Made by a program: the position numbers and the translations under genes
Shown: positions 8,797-17,116 of the stretch, one piece after another
How the letters are laid out: each line of letters opens with the position of its first letter
Position numbering within the stretch: the stretch's first letter is position 1
The notes under the pieces: generated by a model
Seen by the model: the letters and a program-made list of their open reading frames with translations, nothing else
Database searches by the model: none
What the model was told of the DNA's origin: nothing
Source: a virus
Lineage: Duplodnaviria > Caudoviricetes
Reading direction: 5' to 3' (one strand)
DNA: 53,107 bases
Virus record (IMG/VR): IMGVR_UViG_3300024246_000006
Coordinates: 1-53,107 of that record

Positions 8797-8993
8797 AGAC
8801 CGTGCTGACCGGCAACGCCATCAAGGCCTATCGCGTCAAGGGCGGCGCAATCGTCAGAGTGATTCGCGGAGACCGCATTCGCCGCTACCGGGTGAGCGGG
8901 CGCCGCTTCGTCGCCGTGCGCAAACGGTTCCTCGGCTGGGGCGGCTACTTCGGCACGTCAACCATCGACATCCATGAATGGAGATGCGAATGA
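8793..8993 (+). CDS. hypothetical early protein
   Basis: ATGA overlap. Confidence 0.55.
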   Translation: MKTVLTGNAIKAYRVKGGAIVRVIRGDRIRRYRVSGRRFVAVRKRFLGWGGYFGTSTIDIHEWRCE

Positions 8994-9220
8994 CGAACGA
9001 GGAACGCGAGCGCATCGACGCGCGAAACGGCATCACGCCGACCCATCGCGACCTGCTCGATGCGTCGATGGAAATCGGCGGCGTCTGCGAAATGGCATGC
9101 TGGGCATCATCGGCGGTCGCGGCGCTCATCGACAGCACCGGCAAAAAAGTCGATGATTTGACGGTCGGCGAGTTGCGCAAGCTGCTCGACGATGATGCCA
9201 GGGATCGGAGCCGGCGATGA
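8990..9220 (+). CDS. hypothetical early protein
   Basis: ATGA overlap, GGAG RBS. Confidence 0.55.
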   Translation: MTNEERERIDARNGITPTHRDLLDASMEIGGVCEMACWASSAVAALIDSTGKKVDDLTVGELRKLLDDDARDRSRR

Positions 9221-9472
9221 CCCGCGCGCGCAGCTCCAAGGTCATCCGCAACGTCCCGGTTCGGTCGCGCCGGCGCGAAGAAGCCTGCCACTCATCGCTC
9301 GGACACAGGCGTCATCACCAGTGTGCTCGAGCGCGCCCTCACCCAGGGCAACATCGATTCGCGCCAGGTGCTCGCGGAAATGAAAGGTGCGCTATCGCTC
9401 AGGCATCCCGCGCTTGCCCGTGACATCGACCGCGTGCTCGAGATCACGCTCAAGCAGGACCTGCAGCGATGA
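9217..9472 (+). pseudogene. hypothetical gene with apparent frameshift
   Basis: ATG 9217 overlaps the upstream stop, but the protein-like frame ending at TGA 9472 (overlapping the next ATG) is offset by +1. Confidence 0.35.
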
Positions 9473-9732
9473 CCCACATGCAAACGGACCGCCAGCGCCT
9501 GCTCGATGCGATTCGCGTAGCCGTCACCGACCCCGCGCTCAAGACCACACGCTCACGCGTGATGGAGCTGATCGGCCTCATCAATGCATTCGATCCCGCG
9601 CTCGCCACCGCGATCTCCACGCTCGTGATCGGCACCGAAGACGCGGACAAGCTGCCGGCGCTATGGCCGAACGTGAACCAGGTCGGCGACTACGAACGCC
9701 GCGCCGCATACACCGAGGAGCCAGCGAAATGA
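9469..9732 (+). CDS. hypothetical early protein
   Basis: Operon packing. Confidence 0.6.
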   Translation: MTHMQTDRQRLLDAIRVAVTDPALKTTRSRVMELIGLINAFDPALATAISTLVIGTEDADKLPALWPNVNQVGDYERRAAYTEEPAK

Positions 9733-9974
9733 TCACCGGCCTGGTCTACGCAGCGATCGTGCTCGCCGCAGCGGCGCTCTTCTTCTGGTGTTGCCATCGG
9801 ATCAGGCAAGCCGGAAGCCTCACACGCCGGGCGCTCGAATCGCTCGGCGAGCTCGGCGCCGACGCCTACCCAAGCCCGACCAGCGGCGAGATCTGCCCGG
9901 TCTGCACACGCGGACCGTTCTCAGCACCGTGCACATTCGAAAAATGCCCACGCCAAGCCAGGGAGAAATCATGA
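9729..9974 (+). CDS. hypothetical membrane-anchored protein with Cys cluster
   Basis: N-terminal TM segment; CPVC...C...C. Confidence 0.55.
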   Translation: MITGLVYAAIVLAAAALFFWCCHRIRQAGSLTRRALESLGELGADAYPSPTSGEICPVCTRGPFSAPCTFEKCPRQAREKS

Positions 9975-10288
9975 CCGTGACTTATCGCTCGGAGCCGGAA
10001 ATCCACGCCCGTATGCGCATCGCCATCGGCAGCTTAGCGCTCCTCGCACTCGTCACACTGCTCGCCATCATGCAGCACCGCGACGAGCAGGCCCGCATCG
10101 AGGAAGAGGCGCGCCGCATCGCCAGCATGAAGCGCGCCGCATGCAAGCCGGCGCGTGAAGGCGAGCGCCTGCATCAATTCGTCGACACCGAAGCCGACTG
10201 GCAACCAGCCAAACGCTACTGCATCTATGTGCGCAGCATCGCCGGCATCCGCCCCCAGGTGCGCACCGAACTCGCTTCATCGAATTAG
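9971..10288 (+). CDS. hypothetical membrane-anchored protein
   Basis: TM segment IAIGSLALLALVTLLAIM; ATGA overlap. Confidence 0.55.
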   Translation: MTVTYRSEPEIHARMRIAIGSLALLALVTLLAIMQHRDEQARIEEEARRIASMKRAACKPAREGERLHQFVDTEADWQPAKRYCIYVRSIAGIRPQVRTELASSN

Positions 10289-10300
10289 GAGACTTCCCCA

Positions 10301-11002
10301 ATGTTCGCAGAGTTGAAGGCGCTTGCCGCCAAAGGCCCTATCGCAATGATGATCATCGCGGAGGGCGAGGAGCTACGCGTCACGGTGACGCAGAAAGCCA
10401 AGAAGCCGCTCTCGGTATCGGTGAGCGGCAGCCCGGAAGATCTCGATCGCGAGCTGATCGGCGCGATCACGGCCGACACCGCAGCGCCGAGCGCATCGGT
10501 GGTCGAGCAAGTGCGCACGCAGCTCTCCGCTCAGCCTGCCGAGAAGAAAGGCAACACCACGCCCGCGGCCACCGCATCGACCAAAACCGCCAAAGCGAAG
10601 ACCACGAAGCCCAAACGCGCGGCGAAGGCACCGCCGGCACCGAAGAAACCTGCCGCCAAGAAAGCACCCGCGGCGAAGAAGGCGGTCACCACTCCGCGCG
10701 CGAGCCTGCCGGGTAAGCCCGAGTGCCTCGCTGATCTCAAGGCCGCACTCGCCAAGCACGGCGACAAGCTGAACCGCGAGACCTTCATCGCCGAAGCGCC
10801 CACCGGCCGGCGCTTCGAAAAGCTGTGGAGCGGCTGGAAGGCGTTCATCGCCGCCGGCGCCAAGGTAGCCGCGGCACCGACAGAACCGGCCGCACCGGCA
10901 GCCGCTGCCAGCACGCCTGCCGACACCAAGACGCTGCCGCTCTTCGACAGCGCATCGGCGCCGGCACCGGTAGCACCAGCCGCCGCGGCGATCATCGAGT
11001 AG
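10301..11002 (+). CDS. PRTRC system protein E-like
   Basis: N-terminal MFAEL...PLSVSVSGSPEDLDREL domain, Ala/Lys/Pro-rich linker, C-terminal TLPLF; first gene of the cassette. Confidence 0.75.
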   Translation: MFAELKALAAKGPIAMMIIAEGEELRVTVTQKAKKPLSVSVSGSPEDLDRELIGAITADTAAPSASVVEQVRTQLSAQPAEKKGNTTPAATASTKTAKAKTTKPKRAAKAPPAPKKPAAKKAPAAKKAVTTPRASLPGKPECLADLKAALAKHGDKLNRETFIAEAPTGRRFEKLWSGWKAFIAAGAKVAAAPTEPAAPAAAASTPADTKTLPLFDSASAPAPVAPAAAAIIE

Positions 11003-11008
11003 ACCGCC

Positions 11009-11419
11009 ATGTCCCTCAAAGTCGAAAAAGCCACGCGCGAGTTCCGCTACAACAACATCCCGCTCGCCGATCCGGGCATCGCCATGAGCGCGGAGGAAGT
11101 GCGCACGTTCTACGCGAACGTCTACCCCGAGATCGTCAACGCCGAGATAGACGGCCCCGAGGCGAAAGGCGCGAAGCAGGTCTACACGTTCCGGCGCGCG
11201 GTCGGGACGAAGGGCGGCGACGTTGTCCCGCTCCATCGTGAAGAACCGGCACCCGCCGCCGGATCTCCCGGCTGGCCAATGCTGTGCGCCCGATTCAATA
11301 CGACGCCAGCAGAACTGCATGACCGCGTGCGCCCGCTCTTTCTCTGGATGTACGAGCAAGGCATCAACGAACTCACGATCACGCGTACCGGATCGAAAGC
11401 GATGGTGAGCGTCAAGTGA
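11009..11419 (+). CDS. PRTRC system protein C (ubiquitin-like) with C-terminal extension
   Basis: REFRYN-LADP-EEVRTFYANVYPEIVNAEIDGP-YTFRRAVGTKG core, followed by 67 extra residues. Confidence 0.85.
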   Translation: MSLKVEKATREFRYNNIPLADPGIAMSAEEVRTFYANVYPEIVNAEIDGPEAKGAKQVYTFRRAVGTKGGDVVPLHREEPAPAAGSPGWPMLCARFNTTPAELHDRVRPLFLWMYEQGINELTITRTGSKAMVSVK

Positions 11420-11622
11420 AAACCGACTTGCGCGCGCACCTGCAGGCGCACATCGCCGGCGAGGTAGCCAAGCCCCGCGGCAATGCACTGACGCAAGCCG
11501 ACGTCAAGAAGGCCCGCGCGTTCTCCCGCGCATGCGCTGCGCTCCATCACGCCGCTTGGTTCCACAACGGCGATGATGGCCGCATCAGCGCGCCGCCGAA
11601 ACACTTGCCCCCACTGCCATGA
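11416..11622 (+). CDS. hypothetical protein within the PRTRC cassette
   Basis: GTGA and ATGA overlaps on both sides. Confidence 0.55.
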   Translation: MKTDLRAHLQAHIAGEVAKPRGNALTQADVKKARAFSRACAALHHAAWFHNGDDGRISAPPKHLPPLP

Positions 11623-12641
11623 TGCTCGAGCTCGCCAACCTCGGCCGCGTGCCGAGGTACTACACGCTTCACCGCGAATCGGTGGCAGCCGCGCGCACCG
11701 CGATGGCGCTGCTTGATATCGGCGCACTGCCGGAGAACGCGCCGATCACCGCGCCCGTCGAGCTCGTGAAGCTTGGCCTCAAGAAATGGATCGAGCGCCA
11801 TACCGAGAAGCTCCACTCATTTCGTTTCCAATTGGGCTACACCGAGCACCAATTCGAGGAGTACGGCAATCAGCAAACGCCTATCGCCCAAAGCGACGTC
11901 GTCACGATCTCGATCAGCCACGCTTGCGCAGGCCAGTTCCTGATCGGGGACAAAACACAGCGCGCCGAGCGCATGATCCGCGGCCTGGGCGAGACAGCGC
12001 TCTATTGGCTCGGGCAATGCTTCCGGAATCTGACGCCGGTCATCACGCCCGAGATAACGCTCGACTTCGCGCGCTGGAATTACTGGAAAGGCGAAGAGGA
12101 CGAGACAGCCACCCTCGCGGATGCCAGCATGAACGGCGACGGCCCCTTCGAGATCCTCACCCGCGCGCAGTTCGACAAAATGATTCCGCGCTGGGCATCG
12201 AGTCCGCGCCCGCGCATCAATCAGGATCGGCTTCGCCAGCTCGCCAACCCGCGCCGGCGCATGCTAACCGGCGAGCTTGCCCGCGCGCTGGTGACGCTCA
12301 TCAATGCGCTCGGCAAAAACCGCAAGCGCATCAGTTCCGGCCAGATCGAGGAAGAAAAGCCCGCAGCCGACCCGTTGATCGTGCTGCGCTGGAGCATGAA
12401 AGACCCGACCGCGCAGATCATGGACGACTTCTACGAAGATCTATGGCAAACCGGCGAGGAGGCGCATCACTTCGCAGCGCTCGAATTCAATACCAAAGCC
12501 AAGGGCTACGCCAATATGCTCCGCGAATTTCTGCGCGGCACCGAGGCGCTCTTCGAGATCCTGAGCGCCATGCTCGGCGTGGTTCGCGTGCTGAACTCCT
12601 CGAAGACGATCGCGGACCGCTACGCGGTCGGGGACTTCTGA
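11619..12641 (+). CDS. PRTRC system protein F-like
   Basis: Position between C and B; GLGETALYWL...YWKGEEDE...IPRWA...QIMDD pattern. Confidence 0.7.
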   Translation: MMLELANLGRVPRYYTLHRESVAAARTAMALLDIGALPENAPITAPVELVKLGLKKWIERHTEKLHSFRFQLGYTEHQFEEYGNQQTPIAQSDVVTISISHACAGQFLIGDKTQRAERMIRGLGETALYWLGQCFRNLTPVITPEITLDFARWNYWKGEEDETATLADASMNGDGPFEILTRAQFDKMIPRWASSPRPRINQDRLRQLANPRRRMLTGELARALVTLINALGKNRKRISSGQIEEEKPAADPLIVLRWSMKDPTAQIMDDFYEDLWQTGEEAHHFAALEFNTKAKGYANMLREFLRGTEALFEILSAMLGVVRVLNSSKTIADRYAVGDF

Positions 12642-12642
12642 C

Positions 12643-13437
12643 ATGGCGCACGTCAAGCTGCAGATCCGCTCTGCCGGCGAAGAACGCTACCGCCTCGAGC
12701 GCGCCATCCTGATCTACGAATCGAATTTTCATGCGAGCGGCGTGCCCAACGGCCACGAGCCCTACGCGACGCTGCACAACATCGTGCGCGGCAAGGGTGG
12801 ACCGCAGCTCGCCCCAGGCGTGCCCGCAACGGCCGAGGCCTGCGCGGCGTTCGCCCAGGCGATGCAGGATCACGCGGCGTTCGCCGGATTCATCTCGCCG
12901 AACATCCTATATGTCGGTCCGCGATTGACGGCCTGGTGGCGAGCGCCGGCGCCGGCTCGAGTATGGTTCAAGGTCGAAGAAGCGCGCGAAGAGAAAACAC
13001 CAGCCTCCCAGCGCATCGGCGAGAGGAGCGCGATCACGCCGCAGCCGGGATTGATCTTCGCTTGCGCGGATTCCGAGTGGCATGTCTTCGCGGTGAAAGG
13101 CGCCGATCGCCCGGGCCCGGCAACGCAGATCTGGCGCGCACCCTACTTCAACGTATGGGAACTCGGCCATATCTGCGAGGGCAACATCGAGCGCCCGAAA
13201 CGCGTATCGAGCGACACGATCGATCGCTTCGAGCGCGCGTTCTTCGACTCGCGCTTCACACACCCGAACGCGCACAAGGGCCTCGTCAACTTCAAAGGCG
13301 GCTCGCACGCGTTCTGGCGCGCCATGCTCGATCAGCGCTGGAAACATTTCCCGGAGCGCTGCCTGGTGCGTGAAGGCGCGCACACGCTGGAGTCACTCGT
13401 GAAGACCCTGCAGGAGACGCGCCACCGTGCCCGCTAA
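12643..13437 (+). CDS. PRTRC system protein B (prokaryotic E2-like)
   Basis: APYFNVWELGHICEGN (candidate catalytic Cys) and FFDSRFTHPN. Confidence 0.85.
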   Translation: MAHVKLQIRSAGEERYRLERAILIYESNFHASGVPNGHEPYATLHNIVRGKGGPQLAPGVPATAEACAAFAQAMQDHAAFAGFISPNILYVGPRLTAWWRAPAPARVWFKVEEAREEKTPASQRIGERSAITPQPGLIFACADSEWHVFAVKGADRPGPATQIWRAPYFNVWELGHICEGNIERPKRVSSDTIDRFERAFFDSRFTHPNAHKGLVNFKGGSHAFWRAMLDQRWKHFPERCLVREGAHTLESLVKTLQETRHRAR

Positions 13438-14050
13438 GACCGATGCCCGCGATACGCTGCTGCAGCAGACCTGCCCGACGGTGATGGCGCCGAAGTTCGG
13501 CGCGTTCGCCCCGCTCATGGAAAACGGCCATCGCTTTCTGGTGGCATCGAGCGGACTGTGGCTGGAACTGCGCCGGCCGTGGTTCTATCTGCGCTATCCG
13601 GTCTGTGAAGAGCCGCGCGTGGCGCTGCCCTACGGCGAGATCGAAATCGAGACCGCGTTCGCCTTCGACCTTGATACCGATGCCGCGCCGTTGTTGGCTC
13701 GATTCGTGGAGGAAGCGCGCGACGCACTCCCGGCCGAGCACGCGGCCTGGATCATCTGGAACGACGTAACGCGCGCGCTCGAGTACCGTCCGTGCATCGC
13801 GATCGCGGCCGGCGCCGGCGGCATCGAGTATCACCGTCCGAAGCTGGAAGAACACGAGAGCCTGGCGATCGATGTGCATTCGCACGGCGGGATCGAAGCG
13901 TTTTTCTCGAACACCGACGATGAAGACGACCTCGGCGAAGTGAAGATCGCGGTGGTGTTCGGCAAGCTCGATGGGCCTGACTTCGCGATGACGAAGCGCA
14001 TCTGCGCGCTGGGGCTTTTCCTGGAAGACGAGGAGATGCCCGCGCCATGA
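13427..14050 (+). CDS. PRTRC system protein A (JAB/JAMM metalloprotease)
   Basis: E...HSH-x7-S-x2-D motif (PAEHAAW; DVHSHGGIEAFFSNTD). Confidence 0.9.
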   Translation: MPAKTDARDTLLQQTCPTVMAPKFGAFAPLMENGHRFLVASSGLWLELRRPWFYLRYPVCEEPRVALPYGEIEIETAFAFDLDTDAAPLLARFVEEARDALPAEHAAWIIWNDVTRALEYRPCIAIAAGAGGIEYHRPKLEEHESLAIDVHSHGGIEAFFSNTDDEDDLGEVKIAVVFGKLDGPDFAMTKRICALGLFLEDEEMPAP

Positions 14051-14850
14051 TCCATAAGCTGCGCCTCGATCGCTATGACGAGCGCCTGAGAGTGCGGCTC
14101 GTGGGCTGTGGCGGCAACGGCTCGCAGATGCTGACCGGGCTCGCGCGTCTGCATAAGGCGCTGGTTGCACTCGGCCAACGCGGACTTTATGTCATCGCCA
14201 ACGATCCGGACACGGTATCGCCGGCGAACATCGGTAGGCAGCTTTTCTCACCGGGCGACGTCGGCCGCAACAAGGCCGTGGTGCTGGTGCACCGCTTGAA
14301 TTCGTTCTTCGGGCTCGACTGGAATGCCGAGCCCTTCGCGTTCAAGTTCACCGACAAGACGGCTGACATCCTGGTGAGCTGCGTCGATTCGCGCAAGTCG
14401 CGCGCATCGATCGACGATGCATTGACCCGCCGCGGCATGTTCAACAACAACCGCCCGGGCCCCGAGTATTGGCTCGACCTGGGAAATCGCGCCGCCGACG
14501 GCCAGATGGTGCTCGGCCAGCCGGCGCAGAACAAGCGCTGGGCGGCGGACAAGACGCGGCTGCCGACAGTCGCGGAGTTGTTTCCGGAGATCGTGGATAC
14601 ACACCACAAAGAAGATACCGCGCCGAGCTGCTCGCTCGCCGAGGCGCTGCAAAAGCAGGAGCTCTTCGTTAACCAGGCGGTCGTCACCCAGGCGCTCGCA
14701 CTGCTCTGGCAGGTCCTGCGCCACGGCGAGACCGACTGGCACGGCGCATTCGTGAATTGCAAGTCCGGCCGCGTCATACCGCTGCCGGTGGATCCCGCAG
14801 CATGGCAACGGCTGCGGGAAGGTCAACAACAGAAGAAGGGAAAATGGTAA
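14047..14850 (+). CDS. PRTRC ThiF-family E1-like adenylyltransferase
   Basis: VGCGGNG nucleotide-binding loop, DPDTVSPANIGRQ, SCVD, LDLGN and PSCSLAEAL (candidate catalytic Cys). Confidence 0.9.
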   Translation: MIHKLRLDRYDERLRVRLVGCGGNGSQMLTGLARLHKALVALGQRGLYVIANDPDTVSPANIGRQLFSPGDVGRNKAVVLVHRLNSFFGLDWNAEPFAFKFTDKTADILVSCVDSRKSRASIDDALTRRGMFNNNRPGPEYWLDLGNRAADGQMVLGQPAQNKRWAADKTRLPTVAELFPEIVDTHHKEDTAPSCSLAEALQKQELFVNQAVVTQALALLWQVLRHGETDWHGAFVNCKSGRVIPLPVDPAAWQRLREGQQQKKGKW

Positions 14851-15143
14851 TGGAAAACCAGCACACACTGATCAGCGGCTATCGCGATCTGACGAAACCG
14901 GAGATCGATGCCATCAACGAGGTGAAGAAACTCGCGGAGAGCTGCGGTGCGCTCATCGGTGCATTCGAAGGCCTGGCGCAATGCAAGGCGGCTGATTCGT
15001 CATTGCCCTATGCGCAGATCGTGAACGCATACGGTCTCTCGCAGCGGCTCCCCGATCCGCGCTGGCTTGCGCTCGCGAAGACCGATCTGCAGCGCGGATT
15101 GATGGCGCTCACGCGCGCCATAGCGAAACCGGACGGGTTCTGA
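14850..15143 (+). CDS. acb2: Acb2-like anti-CBASS cyclic-oligonucleotide sponge
   Basis: MENQHTLISGYRDLTKPEIDAINEVK...RWLALAKTDLQRGLMALTRAIAKPDGF matches the Acb2 signature; TAATG overlap with ThiF. Confidence 0.85.
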   Translation: MENQHTLISGYRDLTKPEIDAINEVKKLAESCGALIGAFEGLAQCKAADSSLPYAQIVNAYGLSQRLPDPRWLALAKTDLQRGLMALTRAIAKPDGF

Positions 15144-15146
15144 TCC

Positions 15147-15653
15147 GTGACGCTGGTCGCATTCACCGTCGACGAAGCCAACGCGTTGAACGCCTCGCAC
15201 CGGTTCAATTGCGGACCTGCAGCGCTTTGCGCTGTGACGGGTCTGCGACCGATCGAGGCGCTTGCCGTCATTCCGCATTTCGCGGAGCGCGGCTATACCA
15301 ATCCGAAAATGATGGCGGCGGCGCTCACGGCGATCGGTGCGTCGTGGCGGCGTACGTGGGAATGCAGCGACGCAATTAAGCCAGAGCACCCGCAATTTCC
15401 TGAGTTTGGATTGGTCCGCGTTCAATGGGATGGCCCTTGGTGCAAGCCAGGCGTACCGGCCGTCGCGCGTTACTTTCATTCCCATTGGATTGCCGTCGAC
15501 GACGCACGAATCTTCGACATCAACTGCCTGTGCGTCGGCGGCTGGGTGCCGTGGCTCGAATGGGATACGCAAGTCGTGCCGTGGCTCCTCAAGGACACCA
15601 AAGCATCCGGTAATTGGTGGCCGACGAAATGTTGGGATGTCGCACGGCCATGA
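15147..15653 (+). CDS. putative papain-like (C39-like) cysteine peptidase
   Basis: NCGPAAL, HWIAV and IFD give Cys-His-Asp in papain-like order. Confidence 0.5.
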   Translation: MTLVAFTVDEANALNASHRFNCGPAALCAVTGLRPIEALAVIPHFAERGYTNPKMMAAALTAIGASWRRTWECSDAIKPEHPQFPEFGLVRVQWDGPWCKPGVPAVARYFHSHWIAVDDARIFDINCLCVGGWVPWLEWDTQVVPWLLKDTKASGNWWPTKCWDVARP

Positions 15654-15937
15654 CCGCGCTCTCCATCTTCGGCGCGACCTTCGTCCTGGTGCTGGCGCTC
15701 GGCCTGCAGAGCCTGAACGTCAACCGCGGTCACTATGCAGCGGCGTTTCTCACGAGTCTCGCGATCAGCTCCGCGCAGCTCGCCATCCTCAAGATCGTGC
15801 CGGCAGCCGAAGCGCCGGTTGATTACCTCGCTTTCATGTCCGGCGGTCCGCTTGGCATCGTCTGCGCGATGTACCTGCACCCGTTGATCGTCCGGCGTTT
15901 GTTCAATCGCAGCACCAACAAGGAGTCAAGTTCATGA
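15650..15937 (+). CDS. small multi-pass membrane protein
   Basis: Three hydrophobic segments; ATGA overlaps. Confidence 0.65.
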   Translation: MTALSIFGATFVLVLALGLQSLNVNRGHYAAAFLTSLAISSAQLAILKIVPAAEAPVDYLAFMSGGPLGIVCAMYLHPLIVRRLFNRSTNKESSS

Positions 15938-16548
15938 ACGAGGCTGTTGCAACACACGTCATCCCAACCGCGCCAGGCACGCCGTTCGCCGGCGGTTTCT
16001 ACGTCGGCCGCATCCGCGTGCTCGACGATGTTTGCGCGCTCATTCTCGCGCCGAAATTCGAAGGCGAACGCGCGCCGGGGATCTGGAACAAGCGCAGCAC
16101 CAATCTCGAAGCAGCCATGAGCTTCTTCGATGGCGAGGCCAATACGTGCGCCATGGCTGGCACCGGCAGCGAGTTGGCCGCCTGGGCGCTCGCGCTTTCG
16201 ATCGGCGGCTTCACCGATTGGCACATCCCGAGCCGCGACGAGCTCGAGCTTTGCTACCGCAACTTGAAGCCCGGCACCGAAACGAACTATTGCTTCCGCG
16301 GCGACAATCCCTCGAGCGTGCCCGTCGGCCATTCGTATCTCCGCGATGCGCCCGCTCAGTGCCAGATCGAAGCATTCCGCGCCGGCGGCGCCGAGGCGTT
16401 CGAAGAAGAATACTACTGGTCATCCACGCAGTACGCCGGCCTCGCCGGCTGTGCCTGGGCGCAGGCTTTCGACGACGGCAGCCAGGACCTCTACCTCAAG
16501 GGCCTCGAGTTCAGGGCCCGAGCTGTCCGCAGATTGATCATTCGCTGA
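15934..16548 (+). CDS. DGR target 1 (DUF1566/CLec-like)
   Basis: GFTDWHIPSRDEL, YWSST and RARAVRR motifs; C-terminal VR1. Confidence 0.9.
   Translation: MNEAVATHVIPTAPGTPFAGGFYVGRIRVLDDVCALILAPKFEGERAPGIWNKRSTNLEAAMSFFDGEANTCAMAGTGSELAAWALALSIGGFTDWHIPSRDELELCYRNLKPGTETNYCFRGDNPSSVPVGHSYLRDAPAQCQIEAFRAGGAEAFEEEYYWSSTQYAGLAGCAWAQAFDDGSQDLYLKGLEFRARAVRRLIIR
16426..16534 (+). repeat. DGR variable repeat VR1
   Basis: 109-nt ungapped match to TR; 18 mismatches at TR adenines and 1 non-A mismatch near the 3' end. Confidence 0.95.
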
Positions 16549-16584
16549 TTCAGTCATTCACCCATTTTTCGCGGAGCGATTTTT

Positions 16585-17082
16585 ATGAACAATGATTTGA
16601 CTGCCCAGCACCTAGCGCAGGAAGTGACCGTCACGCTTCCGCTTGGCGTGGTACTGCGCATCGCCGATCAATCGATCCCGGCCACTTTGGTTTCGGCATC
16701 GGCATTGATCCTGTCCCGGTTCGACGATCTGCCGGCGATCGGCGCCGAGTACGGAGGCGGCATGTTCGCCGGCATCACCGTTCACGAGAACGCGCCGGCA
16801 GCGCTCGTTCTGCTGCCCGGCTCGCGCGAGAACGTCATCTGGAGCGATGCCAAGCAGTGGGCCGGCGAGCAAGGCGGCGAGCTGCCATCGCGTTTTGATC
16901 AGCTTGCGCTCTTCAAGAACCTGAAGCGCGAATTCGCCGGCGAGTGGTATTGGAGCGGCGAACAGTCCGCCGGCACCGCCTACTATGCCTGGGCGCAGGG
17001 TTTCCACTACGGCGACCAGCTCTACTACCGCAAGGACCTCAAGGTCAGGGCCCGAGCTGTCCGCAGATTGGTGATTCGGTAA
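16585..17082 (+). CDS. DGR target 2 (DUF1566/CLec-like)
   Basis: LPSR, YWSG and RARAVRR motifs; C-terminal VR2. Confidence 0.9.
   Translation: MNNDLTAQHLAQEVTVTLPLGVVLRIADQSIPATLVSASALILSRFDDLPAIGAEYGGGMFAGITVHENAPAALVLLPGSRENVIWSDAKQWAGEQGGELPSRFDQLALFKNLKREFAGEWYWSGEQSAGTAYYAWAQGFHYGDQLYYRKDLKVRARAVRRLVIR
16963..17068 (+). repeat. DGR variable repeat VR2
   Basis: 106-nt ungapped match to TR; 14 mismatches at TR adenines and 3 non-A mismatches. Confidence 0.95.
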
Positions 17083-17116
17083 TTCAACCATTCGATCATT
17101 GAAGGGAGTTTTTTTC

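Noticed and set aside
12643-14850. E2/JAB/E1 genes as a CBASS or thiamine/molybdopterin operon
   Set aside because: There is no CD-NTase, effector or biosynthetic gene, and the gene set and order match PRTRC.
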